From: Alphaproteobacteria bacterium
GTDB taxonomy: Bacteria; Pseudomonadota; Alphaproteobacteria; UBA11222
NCBI GenBank assembly: GCA_038318895.1
Contig: JBBQCS010000004.1
Location: forward strand, 8,728 to 72,727
Length of the DNA: 64,000 bases
Reading direction: 5' to 3'
Shown here one piece after another: positions 46,945-56,834 of this stretch. Made by a program: the position numbers and the translations under genes. Position 1 is the first letter of the stretch. Each line of letters opens with the position of its first letter. Below the pieces are notes generated by a model, which worked only from the letters and a program-made list of their open reading frames with translations, ran no database searches and had not been told where the DNA came from.

Positions 46945-48102
46945 ATGAGTAAGGATGAGCTGGACGGTCTGGAGCGGCAATTTACCGGCATTACCGAGCG
47001 CGGACTGGATGATTTGCGAAGCCGCATTGGCGTTCGCATCGAAGATACCTTGGAGCCGTGGTGCCATGAGGCCACCCGTGACAATATCCGCCACTACGCC
47101 CACGGCATTGGCGACGACAATCCGCTATGGTGCGACCCGGCCTATGCGGCAACCACCGTCCATGGCGGCATAATCGCCCCACCATCTTTCCTGTTTGCCT
47201 GCGACCGCATCATATCGGGCTATGTGGGCGGGCTCCCCGGGGTGCACGCCATGTGGGCGGGTGCTGATTTCAACTGGCGCAAAAACATCCGGCGCAATGA
47301 CGAATTGCGCACGGAATCCTGGCTGAAAGAACTGATCCCGCACGAAACCCGTTTTTCCGGCATGGCGATCCAGCAGGTTTATCATGTGAATTTCTACAAT
47401 CAGAACGACGATCTGTTATGTGAGGCGGATAGCTGGTGCTTTCGCACCGACCGAGACATCGCGCGCGAGCGCGGCACCAAATATGACGCCGTCAAGGCCC
47501 AGGCGCCCAAAGTTTATAGCGATGCGGAACTGGTGGAGATTTACCGTCACTATGCGCAGGAAGAAGTGCGCGGCAAGACACCACGCTATTTCGAGGACGT
47601 GATGGTGGGAGAAAAACTGCCGACCATCGTCAAGGGACCGATGACCGTGACCGGCTTTATCGCCTATGCGCAGGGCTGGGGCGGGCTTTATATCCGCGCC
47701 AATAAACTGAACTGGCAGCAGATCCACAAACATCCAGGACTTGGCATTAAAAACCGTTTTGGTATCCCCGATTGTCCCGAACGCGTGCACTGGGAAAGCG
47801 AATTCGCCGCCACTGTCGGCGCGCCGGAGGCCTATGATTACGGGCCGGAACGGTTTTCCTGGCTGACCCACCACCTGACCAACTGGATGGGTGATGACGG
47901 TTTTCTGCGGCAGGCAAGGGCGCAAATCCGCCGCCATAACCCGGTCGGCGATGTGCTGTACATTAACGGCGCGGTCACCGGAAAACGCCAGGTGGACGGA
48001 GAAAATATTATCGACATTGAACAGCGAGCCGAAAACCAGGACGGCGAGTTATCGATTTTCGGGACTGCCCAAGTGCGCCTGCCAGGCAAAAGCAAAGCCT
48101 GA
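46945..48102 (+). CDS. Double-hotdog MaoC/FAS1-dehydratase-like protein
   Basis: IRHYAHGIGDDNPLW...IAPPSF in the N-terminal hotdog; RYFEDV...ERVHW...YDYG and GDVLYINGAVT in the second. Confidence 0.8.
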   Translation: MSKDELDGLERQFTGITERGLDDLRSRIGVRIEDTLEPWCHEATRDNIRHYAHGIGDDNPLWCDPAYAATTVHGGIIAPPSFLFACDRIISGYVGGLPGVHAMWAGADFNWRKNIRRNDELRTESWLKELIPHETRFSGMAIQQVYHVNFYNQNDDLLCEADSWCFRTDRDIARERGTKYDAVKAQAPKVYSDAELVEIYRHYAQEEVRGKTPRYFEDVMVGEKLPTIVKGPMTVTGFIAYAQGWGGLYIRANKLNWQQIHKHPGLGIKNRFGIPDCPERVHWESEFAATVGAPEAYDYGPERFSWLTHHLTNWMGDDGFLRQARAQIRRHNPVGDVLYINGAVTGKRQVDGENIIDIEQRAENQDGELSIFGTAQVRLPGKSKA

Positions 48103-48156
48103 CCGGCCAGCTGGGAAAGAGGCGCGGGCGCCGCCCCCTTCCACAGCGCGGCCAAT

Positions 48157-48590
48157 TCAATGTGGGTTTATATTAATTTTGCGGCTGGCCGACTTTTTGG
48201 GTTCGGTTTTCGGCAGGCGCAAAGTCAATATCCCGTCTTTGTAAGACGCTTGGATGTCGGCCTCTTTTACATCTTCCGGCAATCGGAAGGAGCGCTCGAA
48301 TGAACCGTAGCGGCGTTCGGAAAAGTAATAATTCTTGTCCTTTCCTCATGTTCAGAGCGTTTTTCACCTCGAATCGTCAAATTGTTGTTTTCGATGGTTA
48401 CTTCAACGTCCTTTTCACTCACGCCCGGCAGTTCGACGCGGATTTCATAACAATCCTCCTTATTGAGCGCGTCGGCATTTGGCGAAAAGAAATTGGAAAT
48501 AACCGATCCGAACTCCCGCAGCGGGTCAAAAAACCGTGGCCAGAAATGATCATTTCCCGTTACAGACAAGGTTCTGGATTTATCAGGCAT
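48157..48590 (-). pseudogene. Hsp20/alpha-crystallin small heat shock protein, frameshifted
   Basis: VELPGV...LTIRGEK in one frame, ERRYGSFERSFRLP...ASYKDGIL in another; one A missing at 48341-48343. Confidence 0.85.
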
Positions 48591-48655
48591 GCTCCATTCC
48601 TCCATGATTTGACAACATCTCCAAGTTAGGGTGCATTACTTGAATTAGTCGCGCT

Positions 48656-48669
48656 TTGACCTTGATCAA
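48656..48669. promoter_or_regulatory. FNR/FixK box
   Basis: TTGAC-CTTG-ATCAA, one mismatch to TTGAT-N4-ATCAA, 66 bp upstream of the hsp20 start. Confidence 0.6.
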
Positions 48670-48688
48670 GCATGTAGAGGAGATTTTT

Positions 48689-49882
48689 TTGTCTGGTACA
48701 ACCAAACACAAAATCGATGCGTGGATATTTGACCGCGCGCTGCCCCACTGGCATACGCACGGGGTGGACCGCGAATTCGGTGGGTTTACGGAACGGCTCG
48801 CGCTTTCAGGCGTGCCGGACGCGGTTGATTTCAAACGTATCCGCGTGCAGGCCCGGCAAATTTATGTTTTTTCCCATGCAGCGTTGATCGATCCTGATCC
48901 AGATCGCCAGTTACGGTGGCGTGACGCGGCAAAGCAGGGCTTCGATTTTTTGATACAGAATTACTGGCAGGGACCAGCGCGGGGATGGGCCAAGACCGTC
49001 AGCCCTGACGGGCGCCTGCTGGATACAGCTGCGGACAGTTATGATCAGGCGTTCATGCTGTTTGCAGGCGCATGGCATTACCGCGCATCACGCGATGCGC
49101 GCGCGCTGGAAATAGTAAAGCAGACACTGGAATTTTTTGACAATCATCTAGCCTGCACAGAGCATGGCGGTTATTTTGAAGGGCTTTCACCAACGGGCGA
49201 ATTGTTGCGCGGCCCTCCGCGGTTGCAAAACCCGCACATGCACATGCTCGAAGCCATGCTGGCGCTGCATCAGGCGACTGGTGACGGCACATACCTGAAA
49301 CGTGGCGGTCACTTGTTCGATATGTTCCGTTCACGGTTTTTTGATATGAAGACAAACAGCCTAGGGGAATATTTCACACACGACTGGTCGCCAGTGGACG
49401 GCCCGCAAGGACAAATTGTCGAGCCGGGACACCATTTTGAATGGTCGTGGATTTTGCACAATTATGCCAGACTTTCGGGCGACGCGCGCGCCCATGATGT
49501 GGCGCATCTGGTCTTTGAATTTGCCCGCAAGCATGGCGTCAATCCGCAAAGCAACCTTACCTATGACGAAATTGACCGCAGCGGCGCAAAGCTGCGCCCC
49601 AGCCACCGCCTGTGGCCACAAACCGAGGCCATAAAGGCCTATGTCGCCACCGCCGAACATGGACCGTCTGCTAAAGTCCGTGCCGCGGCGCATGCGCGCA
49701 TTGCGCCAGCGGTTGACGCTATTTTTGACAATTATTTCATTCCGGACAGCGGCATCTGGAATGATCAGCTTGACGCATCCGGAAAATCCGTCTCGATATA
49801 CATACCCGCCACCTCGCTGTATCACCTGTTCCTGGCCTTTGCCGAAACCCTGCGCTTTTATGACGCAAATAGATCCATCTGA
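48689..49882 (+). CDS. AGE family epimerase/isomerase (rhizobial mannose-6-phosphate isomerase-like)
   Basis: VQARQIYVF, QNPHMH, EPGHHFEW, RLWPQTE, SLYH; TTG start after GAGGAG inferred. Confidence 0.88.
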   Translation: MSGTTKHKIDAWIFDRALPHWHTHGVDREFGGFTERLALSGVPDAVDFKRIRVQARQIYVFSHAALIDPDPDRQLRWRDAAKQGFDFLIQNYWQGPARGWAKTVSPDGRLLDTAADSYDQAFMLFAGAWHYRASRDARALEIVKQTLEFFDNHLACTEHGGYFEGLSPTGELLRGPPRLQNPHMHMLEAMLALHQATGDGTYLKRGGHLFDMFRSRFFDMKTNSLGEYFTHDWSPVDGPQGQIVEPGHHFEWSWILHNYARLSGDARAHDVAHLVFEFARKHGVNPQSNLTYDEIDRSGAKLRPSHRLWPQTEAIKAYVATAEHGPSAKVRAAAHARIAPAVDAIFDNYFIPDSGIWNDQLDASGKSVSIYIPATSLYHLFLAFAETLRFYDANRSI

Positions 49883-50976
49883 TCGCCAGGACGGGGTGGC
49901 GCGCGAAACTGTGAAATATCAAGTTTGCGGATCGTTGCACTAAATCCAATTCTGCGCACCGCAATTTGAAAACGCGCCGCGATCATATCCGCATAGGGGC
50001 CGCGCCCGCGCATACGGGTATGAAACGCGGCCTCATAATCCTTGCCGCCGCGCACATCGCGCACCAGCGACATGACCTTGTCGGCGCGATCGGGAAATTC
50101 GTGCACCAGCCACTCGCGAAACAGCGTTTTTATTTCCAGCGGCAGGCGCAACATGACAAAGCCCGCACTTTGCGCGCCCGCCTTGCGCGCCGCCTCCAGA
50201 ATGGATTCGATCTCCATATCATTAATGGCAGGAATAACCGGCGCGACCATAACCCCGGTGGGGATGCCTGATTCGCTTAAATTTTGTATGGTTTGCAGCC
50301 GCCGGCACGGCGTCGCGGCGCGCGGCTCCATACGCCGCGACAGCCCGCGATCCAGCGTCGTTACCGAGACAAAAACCTTGGCCAGCCCGCGCCCCGCCAT
50401 GCTGGATAGAATATCAATATCGCGGGTGATCAGCGCCGATTTGGTGACAATCGATACCGGGTGATTAAAACGGTTCAGCACTTCTAGTATGCCGCGTGTG
50501 ATGCGGTATTGTTTTTCGACCGGCTGATAAACATCCGTGTTGGTGCCCATGGCGATGGGCTGGGGCCGGTAATTTGGATTGCGCAGCTCCTTTTCCAGCA
50601 ACGCAGGCGCGTCTGGCTTCGCCAGCAACCTGCTTTCAAAATCCAGGCCCGGCGACAACCCCAGAAAGGCGTGCGTCGGCCGGGCAAAACAATAAATGCA
50701 GCCATGTTCACAGCCGCGATAGGCGTTAATCGAACGGTCAAAGGGAATATCGGGTGACGTATTGCGCGCGATAATGGTGCGCGTCGTATCCAGCATTACG
50801 CTGGTCTGGCGCGATGGAGGCTGCGTATCCAGCAGTCCCCAGCCATCGTCCAGCGTCACATGGTGAAGCGGTTCATAGCGCCCACTGGCATTGGATATCG
50901 CGCCCCTGCCCCGCCGCCCTTCCGGATGCACAACCGCTGCCCCGTCACGCACCTGCGCCAATGTCTGGTCCATCAT
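49858..50976 (-). CDS. PA0069/Rv2578c family radical SAM protein (spore photoproduct lyase-like)
   Basis: YRGCEHGCIYCFARP, GTNTDVYQ, C-terminal QMDLF beta-clamp-like motif. Confidence 0.92.
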   Translation of the reverse strand: MMDQTLAQVRDGAAVVHPEGRRGRGAISNASGRYEPLHHVTLDDGWGLLDTQPPSRQTSVMLDTTRTIIARNTSPDIPFDRSINAYRGCEHGCIYCFARPTHAFLGLSPGLDFESRLLAKPDAPALLEKELRNPNYRPQPIAMGTNTDVYQPVEKQYRITRGILEVLNRFNHPVSIVTKSALITRDIDILSSMAGRGLAKVFVSVTTLDRGLSRRMEPRAATPCRRLQTIQNLSESGIPTGVMVAPVIPAINDMEIESILEAARKAGAQSAGFVMLRLPLEIKTLFREWLVHEFPDRADKVMSLVRDVRGGKDYEAAFHTRMRGRGPYADMIAARFQIAVRRIGFSATIRKLDISQFRAPPRPGDQMDLFAS

Positions 50977-50996
50977 GGCCCCCTGGAATATATCAT

Positions 50997-51011
50997 GAAC
51001 AAAAATAGAAC
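50997..51011. promoter_or_regulatory. Alphaproteobacterial LexA (SOS) box
   Basis: Perfect GAAC-N7-GAAC (GAACaaaaataGAAC) 21 bp upstream of the radical SAM start. Confidence 0.8.
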
Positions 51012-51068
51012 ATATCATGCCTAATGTAAAGTCTTTTTTCACCGACCGCGACAGCGTAGATTGCGCCC

Positions 51069-51749
51069 ATGTTGAGCGTGATCATACCAACCCTGAACGC
51101 GGAGAAGACCCTGCCCCAGACCCTGAACGCCCTAATTCCCGGGGCAGTGTCTGGCCTGGTCAAGGAGGTCGTCATTTCCGATGGCGGATCCGCCGACTCC
51201 AGCCTGATGATTGCTGAAGACGCCGGGTGCACTATCGTAACGGGCCCGGCAGGACGCGGGATGCAGTTAGGCCGCGGCGCGCAGGCCGTGCGCAGCGATT
51301 GGCTGTTGTTTTTGCATGCCGATACGGCGCTTTCCACCGGGTGGGAGGAGGAGGTAGGTCATTTCATGGCCCAGACCGAAAGCCACGCCTACGCGGCTGT
51401 ATTCCGTTTTGTGCTGGATGATTTCCGCCCCCAGGCGCGCAGATTGGAAACCCTGGTTACGATACGCTGTAAGTTATTTGCGCTGCCGTACGGGGATCAG
51501 GGCCTGCTCATTCACCGTAGCCTCTATGAGCAGCTTGGCGGTTACGCCCAGACCCCGCTCATGGAAGATGTGGACATGATCCGCCGCATAGGGCGTAAGC
51601 GTCTGATTTATCTGCGCAGTCAGGCGATGACATCCGCCGCGCGATATACTGCAGAGGGCTACGTGCGACGCCCATTACGCAATCTTTTTTGCCTGTCGCT
51701 GTATTTTCTGCGTGTGCCGCCGCGTTTGATCGCTCGGCTATATGGATGA
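51069..51749 (+). CDS. GT2 glycosyltransferase, TIGR04283 family
   Basis: SVIIPTLN, DGGSAD, FLHADT, PYGDQGL, LMEDV, TSAARY. Confidence 0.88.
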   Translation: MLSVIIPTLNAEKTLPQTLNALIPGAVSGLVKEVVISDGGSADSSLMIAEDAGCTIVTGPAGRGMQLGRGAQAVRSDWLLFLHADTALSTGWEEEVGHFMAQTESHAYAAVFRFVLDDFRPQARRLETLVTIRCKLFALPYGDQGLLIHRSLYEQLGGYAQTPLMEDVDMIRRIGRKRLIYLRSQAMTSAARYTAEGYVRRPLRNLFCLSLYFLRVPPRLIARLYG

Positions 51750-52402
51750 TGCGGCATCTGATAATTTTCACCCGTGCGCCGCAACTGGGCGCCGTGAAAC
51801 GGCGGCTGGCGGCCGACATTGGCCAAATGGCCGCGCTACGTTTTCATCGCACAATGCAGATGCAGCTCGCTCGGGGGATTGCTAAAGACAAACGCTGGAA
51901 AACCTGGGTGGCGATGACACCCGATGTCTGCACAAAAAACAGTTTTAACGTCCGGGCAGGCGTCACATATCTGAAACAGGGCCGGGGTGATCTTGGGAAA
52001 CGCATGGCGCACTGCTTTCGCGCACTGCCGCCAGGGCCCGCAGTGCTGGTTGGCAGCGATATACCCGGCATTCGCCGTGAACACATCGCCCGCGCCTTTG
52101 AGGAACTTGGGCGCGATGACGCAGTGTTCGGTCCGGCCAGCGACGGTGGTTATTGGCTGGTGGGCCTGAAACGCCTACGCCCCATAGGGGGACCGTTTAG
52201 CAAAACCCTTTTCACGGATGTACGATGGTCCAGCGAACATGCATTGAACGACACCCTCGCGGCATTAGGCCCACATGCACATACCGGAATGATCGAGACA
52301 TTGTCAGATGTGGACAGCGCTGGGGATTACGATCACTGGCGGCGTTTATGTTCTTCCAGCCGCGGCATGATCTCGACAAAATTGCAGGGCCGGAATCGGT
52401 AA
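51746..52402 (+). CDS. TIGR04282/DUF2064 family transferase
   Basis: GAVKRRLA, QGRGDLGKRM, GSDIP, GPASDGGYWLVG, VRWS, DVD. Confidence 0.88.
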   Translation: MMRHLIIFTRAPQLGAVKRRLAADIGQMAALRFHRTMQMQLARGIAKDKRWKTWVAMTPDVCTKNSFNVRAGVTYLKQGRGDLGKRMAHCFRALPPGPAVLVGSDIPGIRREHIARAFEELGRDDAVFGPASDGGYWLVGLKRLRPIGGPFSKTLFTDVRWSSEHALNDTLAALGPHAHTGMIETLSDVDSAGDYDHWRRLCSSSRGMISTKLQGRNR

Positions 52403-52875
52403 TCCAGTTGCCATTGCAATATCCCGTCCCAGCCGTCTTTGCAGGCGCCCGGCGATCCAGGCAGCGCAAACAGATAGGTGCCCCCCGCAACACCGGCGGT
52501 CGCACGCGACTGAATGGTGGAGACACCTATTTTTGCGTGGCTGATGGCATGAAAAATAGCGGAAAAGCCGTCGATTTCCTTTTCATAGACCGCATGAAAG
52601 GCTTCGGGCGTCACATCACGCCCGGTCAGGCCCGTGCCGCCGGTGGATATCACCACATCAATCGCGGGATCGGCAATCCAGAGCCGTAACTGCGCAATGA
52701 TAAGATCTTTGTCATCGGTAATGATTTCACGCGCCGCAAGATGATGGCCGGCCGCCGCAACGCGCGCTTCCAGCACGTCGCCCGATTTATCATCGGCGCG
52801 GCCGCGTGTATCCGACACGGTAAGAAGCGCAATGTTGACCGGAATGAAATCCCGGCTGTCATCCAGTTCCGGCAT
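52333..52875 (-). CDS. moaB: Molybdenum cofactor biosynthesis protein B
   Basis: LTVSDTR, TGGTGLTGRDVTPEA, QSRA, LPGS, RPCNF. Confidence 0.95.
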   Translation of the reverse strand: MPELDDSRDFIPVNIALLTVSDTRGRADDKSGDVLEARVAAAGHHLAAREIITDDKDLIIAQLRLWIADPAIDVVISTGGTGLTGRDVTPEAFHAVYEKEIDGFSAIFHAISHAKIGVSTIQSRATAGVAGGTYLFALPGSPGACKDGWDGILQWQLDYRFRPCNFVEIMPRLEEHKRRQ

Positions 52876-52896
52876 AACAGTCAGCCTTATACCTGA

Positions 52897-54672
52897 TTAC
52901 ATCGCCGCGGGGACGTATCGCGGCGCTAACTCTGGCCACCTGCCCTCAGCAACTGCATCCAGCGTTATTCCCGACGCACCCATCCGGTGCTGGTAGATCC
53001 AGTAATCTGCAATTACACGCTGAATATAGTTCCGCGTCGATGCTCTCGGCAAGCTTTCGGCAAATAGCAGCGGATCTTTCAGGGATCCCTGCACATGCTT
53101 GCGCCAGCGATTAAAAGAGCCTGGCCCCGCATTGTAGGATGCGGCCAGGGAAAACATATCCCGCAAACCACGATTGGTTTGCAGATGCCGCAGATAGCGC
53201 TGTCCGATGGTCAGATTAAATTCCGGATCGAACAGGCGGATTCTACCGGCTCCGCTCAGTGACTTATCGTGGGCGATAAAACTGGCGGTCGCCGGCATTA
53301 TCTGCATTATCCCATGCGCACCGCCCGGCCCCATAGCGCCAGCGGAGAATTTGCTTTCCTGTCGCACAAAGGCGTATAGCATCGCGGGGTCGACAGTAAA
53401 GCCCCCCTGGGGACGCCATCCCGGAACGGGGTAAAAGCCCGCCATCCAGATTTTGCCCTGGGCGCGCGCCGTATTGGCAATGCGCATCTGGCTTACCGGC
53501 AATTCAAGCGCCGCAGCGAGCGCCAGCAACCGCCCATCGCTTTTACTGCCAAGACGGGCATGCAATAATTGAAGTTCCTTATCCGCAAGTTCGGTCTGTC
53601 CCGCCTCGTGCAGCGCCAGCACACGCGCCGATGCGGGCTGACGCTGCAAAGCATCAATATCATGCTGTACTAATTGCGGCAGTTCCCAATCAAAAGGAAG
53701 CTCAAGCCCCAATTGTCGGTACGCCAGAATTCCGTACATGCTTCGCGGATAACGCGCCGCAATCTGCAGATAGTGGTTTACCTTTTGCGGCTGGCGCGCC
53801 GCCAGATTGGCCCGCGCCGCCCAATAGGCGGCGGCCGTCAGGGAAGCCTTTCCGGCATAGGGCGAGTTCTCATCGGCCATCGCCGAAAAATGACGCACGG
53901 CGCGATCGACGCTCCCAAGACGCCAGGCGGACAGCCCGGCTATCCAGTGCGCTCTCGGCACAAATTTTCCGCTGCGAAGCGCGGCATCTGACGCCAGTTG
54001 CAATGCGGGCTCGTCATGCCCTTTATAGAAATAAGCCGCCGCAATAAGCTGTCGGATTTTATCGGTTTCGACGGCGTCAAGACGGCCGCCGACGTCATCG
54101 CGCTGCAAATATTGAAGCGCGGCATCTGGATCGGATTTTTTGAGCAACCCCTTTAAATGTAACTGAATTGCAGTAACCTGCTGCAATGCCGCTTTGGAGC
54201 GGGGAACCGGCGAGCGATATTCTTTTATCTTTACCGAAGCCGGCCCTGAACGGCTGCGCATAACAACGGGGCGGCGCAACTCCTGATCCCCATCGGCCTG
54301 TTTGCGGAGGGCCAGCGCATAAATCTGCGCAGCCTGCGGATAATCTGCATACTGATCAAGCCATTGCTTGAGTTCGCCATAGCTGGAACGATAGCCAGTA
54401 GGGTGCAGGTAACGTTGCGCCTGGACATGGCCAAGCAGACGTTTATCTGACAGTTCTGCTATCAGCCGGGTTGCGCCACCCATATCCGCCTGCGACTGCA
54501 GTATAAAAATCTGGCGGTAGATTTGCGCGTCACTGTCAGAGAGAATGCGCGGCACCTCCGCAGCCAGCACAGGCTGGGGAGCAAACCCCACCGACGCCGC
54601 GACCAGCAAGGCGAGACACAACGCGCGGATTACGGCGGCAGGCCTCCCCCGCATTAGATTTTCTGCCTTCAC
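52897..54672 (-). CDS. Soluble lytic murein transglycosylase (SLT domain)
   Basis: Signal peptide, RQESKF, GIMQIMPATA, SYNAGPG. Confidence 0.9.
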   Translation of the reverse strand: MKAENLMRGRPAAVIRALCLALLVAASVGFAPQPVLAAEVPRILSDSDAQIYRQIFILQSQADMGGATRLIAELSDKRLLGHVQAQRYLHPTGYRSSYGELKQWLDQYADYPQAAQIYALALRKQADGDQELRRPVVMRSRSGPASVKIKEYRSPVPRSKAALQQVTAIQLHLKGLLKKSDPDAALQYLQRDDVGGRLDAVETDKIRQLIAAAYFYKGHDEPALQLASDAALRSGKFVPRAHWIAGLSAWRLGSVDRAVRHFSAMADENSPYAGKASLTAAAYWAARANLAARQPQKVNHYLQIAARYPRSMYGILAYRQLGLELPFDWELPQLVQHDIDALQRQPASARVLALHEAGQTELADKELQLLHARLGSKSDGRLLALAAALELPVSQMRIANTARAQGKIWMAGFYPVPGWRPQGGFTVDPAMLYAFVRQESKFSAGAMGPGGAHGIMQIMPATASFIAHDKSLSGAGRIRLFDPEFNLTIGQRYLRHLQTNRGLRDMFSLAASYNAGPGSFNRWRKHVQGSLKDPLLFAESLPRASTRNYIQRVIADYWIYQHRMGASGITLDAVAEGRWPELAPRYVPAAM

Positions 54673-54741
54673 CCCAACCCCATTTGTTGTTTGCGCATAG
54701 TAACCTCTGAACCGCGCGGCTCACAAGTGCCGATTACCCCC

Positions 54742-55563
54742 TTAGTTGACCTGCAACTCGTTAACGGGCAATGAATCCAGACGCACACGCAACGCGAGCA
54801 AATCCTGCCAGGCCTGCTTTTTTTGTGCAGGCTGGCGTAATAGGAACGCTGGATGAAAGGTCGCCAGCGCCGGAATCTCACGCTCTCCTGCCTGGTACGG
54901 CTTCCAGCGGCCCCGCAAGCGCATAATCCCTTCGCTGGTACTGAACAGGGCCTTGACGCTGATGCCGCCAAGCAGCAGCAATAAATCGGGCGCGGCCAGC
55001 TGAATATGGCGTTCAATAAACGGCAGGCACAGCGCGATCTCGGCGCTGGTTGGCGTACGGTTGCCCGGCGGACGCCATGGCAGAATGTTGGATATATATA
55101 CCTGATTGCGATCCAGCCCGATGGCAGCCAGCATGCGATCCAGCAACTGTCCACTGCGCCCGACGAACGGCAGGCCCTGCAGATCTTCATCGCGGCCAGG
55201 CGCCTCACCCACCAGCATGACGCGCGCTTTCGCATTGCCATCCGCAAACACAGTGTGCTTGGCCGTCGTTTTCAGCGTACAACCCTGAAAATTTTCCATC
55301 GCCTGGCGCAGGCTGGCCAGATCATGACAGGCGGCAGCAATTTCGCGCGCCGAGGCGGTGACAGCCTGTGGCGTCACAAACGGCGCTGATGCGGTGGCTG
55401 CGGCGGTCGGCGCAATCCGGCGTGGGGTTAGTGTTTCAATCGCCGCACTGACGTTGAACCGGTCGACAGGATGCAGACCGATGGCCTCGTCTGCGCCAGC
55501 TTCCAATTGCCAGCGCAGTAACGCCCGCACCTGGTCGCGTGTCTCTTGTTCCCCCGTATTCAT
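54742..55563 (-). CDS. Family 4 uracil-DNA glycosylase
   Basis: [29 protein letters not shown]. Confidence 0.93.
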   Translation of the reverse strand: MNTGEQETRDQVRALLRWQLEAGADEAIGLHPVDRFNVSAAIETLTPRRIAPTAAATASAPFVTPQAVTASAREIAAACHDLASLRQAMENFQGCTLKTTAKHTVFADGNAKARVMLVGEAPGRDEDLQGLPFVGRSGQLLDRMLAAIGLDRNQVYISNILPWRPPGNRTPTSAEIALCLPFIERHIQLAAPDLLLLLGGISVKALFSTSEGIMRLRGRWKPYQAGEREIPALATFHPAFLLRQPAQKKQAWQDLLALRVRLDSLPVNELQVN

Positions 55564-55604
55564 GGAGCCTAGTATAGCAGCGCCTGTATCAGAGAACCAA
55601 ATGG

Positions 55605-56555
55605 TTACGAACCCAGATGTCCAGCCAGGAACTTTTCCGCTTCCAGCGCCGCCATGCAACCAAGACCAGCCGCGGTTACCGCCTGGCGGAAGATCTTATC
55701 GGTTACATCGCCAGCGGCGAATATGCCCGGTATTTCGGTCGCGGTTGAATCGGGGGCTTTCAGGAGATAGCCGTCTTTGTCCATCGGCAGAACGCCCTTA
55801 AAGATTTCTGTCGACGGGCGGTGACCGATAGCGATGAACACGCCATGCGCGGAAACTTCCTGTTTCGCTTTGGTTTTGACATTACGCAGACGCACTCCGG
55901 TCACGCCCAGCGGATTTTCTGTTCCCAGAACCTCATCAATTTCGCTATCCCAGATAAAGCTGACCTTGGGATTGGCGAACAGGCGGTTCTGCAATATCTT
56001 TTCCGAGCGCAAACTATCGCGCCGGTGCACCAGTGTCACCTTGCTGGCGAAATTGGTCAGAAACAGGGCTTCTTCCACCGCTGTATTGCCGCCCCCCACC
56101 ACCAGCACTTCCTTGCCGCGATAGAAAAACCCGTCACAGGTGGCGCAGGCGGAAACCCCAAACCCCTGGAAGCGTTCTTCAGATGGCAGGCCAAGCCAGC
56201 GCGCCTGCGCCCCCGTGCAAACGATCACGGCATCGGCAGTGTAAATATCGCCGCTGTCCCCGGTGCAGGTAAACGGGCGCGATGCGAAATTCACCTTGGT
56301 AATATAGTCGTTGATCAGCCGCGCCCCGACATGGGCCGCCTGATCGCGCATCTGCTCCATCAGCCACGGCCCCTGAACGGTTTCCGCAAAGCCCGGATAG
56401 TTTTCTACATCGGTGGTGATGGTCAGTTGCCCACCCTGATCAATCCCCGTCACCAGAATGGGTTCCAGCATCGCGCGCGCGCCGTAAATGGCAGCCGTAT
56501 AGCCAGCCGGACCCGAACCGATAATCAGCAGCCGTGAATGATGGTGTGATGACAT
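55605..56555 (-). CDS. trxB: Thioredoxin reductase
   Basis: GSGPAG, CATCDG, GGGNTA, AAGDV, QAVTAAG. Confidence 0.98.
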   Translation of the reverse strand: MSSHHHSRLLIIGSGPAGYTAAIYGARAMLEPILVTGIDQGGQLTITTDVENYPGFAETVQGPWLMEQMRDQAAHVGARLINDYITKVNFASRPFTCTGDSGDIYTADAVIVCTGAQARWLGLPSEERFQGFGVSACATCDGFFYRGKEVLVVGGGNTAVEEALFLTNFASKVTLVHRRDSLRSEKILQNRLFANPKVSFIWDSEIDEVLGTENPLGVTGVRLRNVKTKAKQEVSAHGVFIAIGHRPSTEIFKGVLPMDKDGYLLKAPDSTATEIPGIFAAGDVTDKIFRQAVTAAGLGCMAALEAEKFLAGHLGS

Positions 56556-56556
56556 C

Positions 56557-56790
56557 TTATTTTGTGCGGATCTCTTGCAGAGCTTCGTTTATCTTAAACA
56601 GAACGATAATCAATTCAGACCAGACTCTGGCCGCAAACATCCCGCCTGCAATCACAATCAGACCAGATATAAAATTACCCGCCATCATAGTGCCAAGACC
56701 ACTGGCAACCGCGATAAAGAGAAGCGTCCAATAGAAAAACGTAATAACTTTCGGAATAATCATATTGTCAAGATACAGCAAATCTCGCAT
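56557..56790 (-). CDS. Small two-TM membrane protein (DUF4282-like)
   Basis: MIIPKVITFFYW...ARVWSELIIVLFKINEAL; GGAG RBS. Confidence 0.75.
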   Translation of the reverse strand: MRDLLYLDNMIIPKVITFFYWTLLFIAVASGLGTMMAGNFISGLIVIAGGMFAARVWSELIIVLFKINEALQEIRTK

Positions 56791-56834
56791 TGAACTTCTC
56801 CTCCAGATAGCGGCACATTGGTGTTGGTGTTAGC

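Noticed and set aside
54801-54814. 14-bp match (aatcctgccaggcc) to the tRNA 3' end, a possible att site
   Set aside because: Lies inside udg and encodes the conserved AWQD motif on the other strand; no integrase; probably chance.
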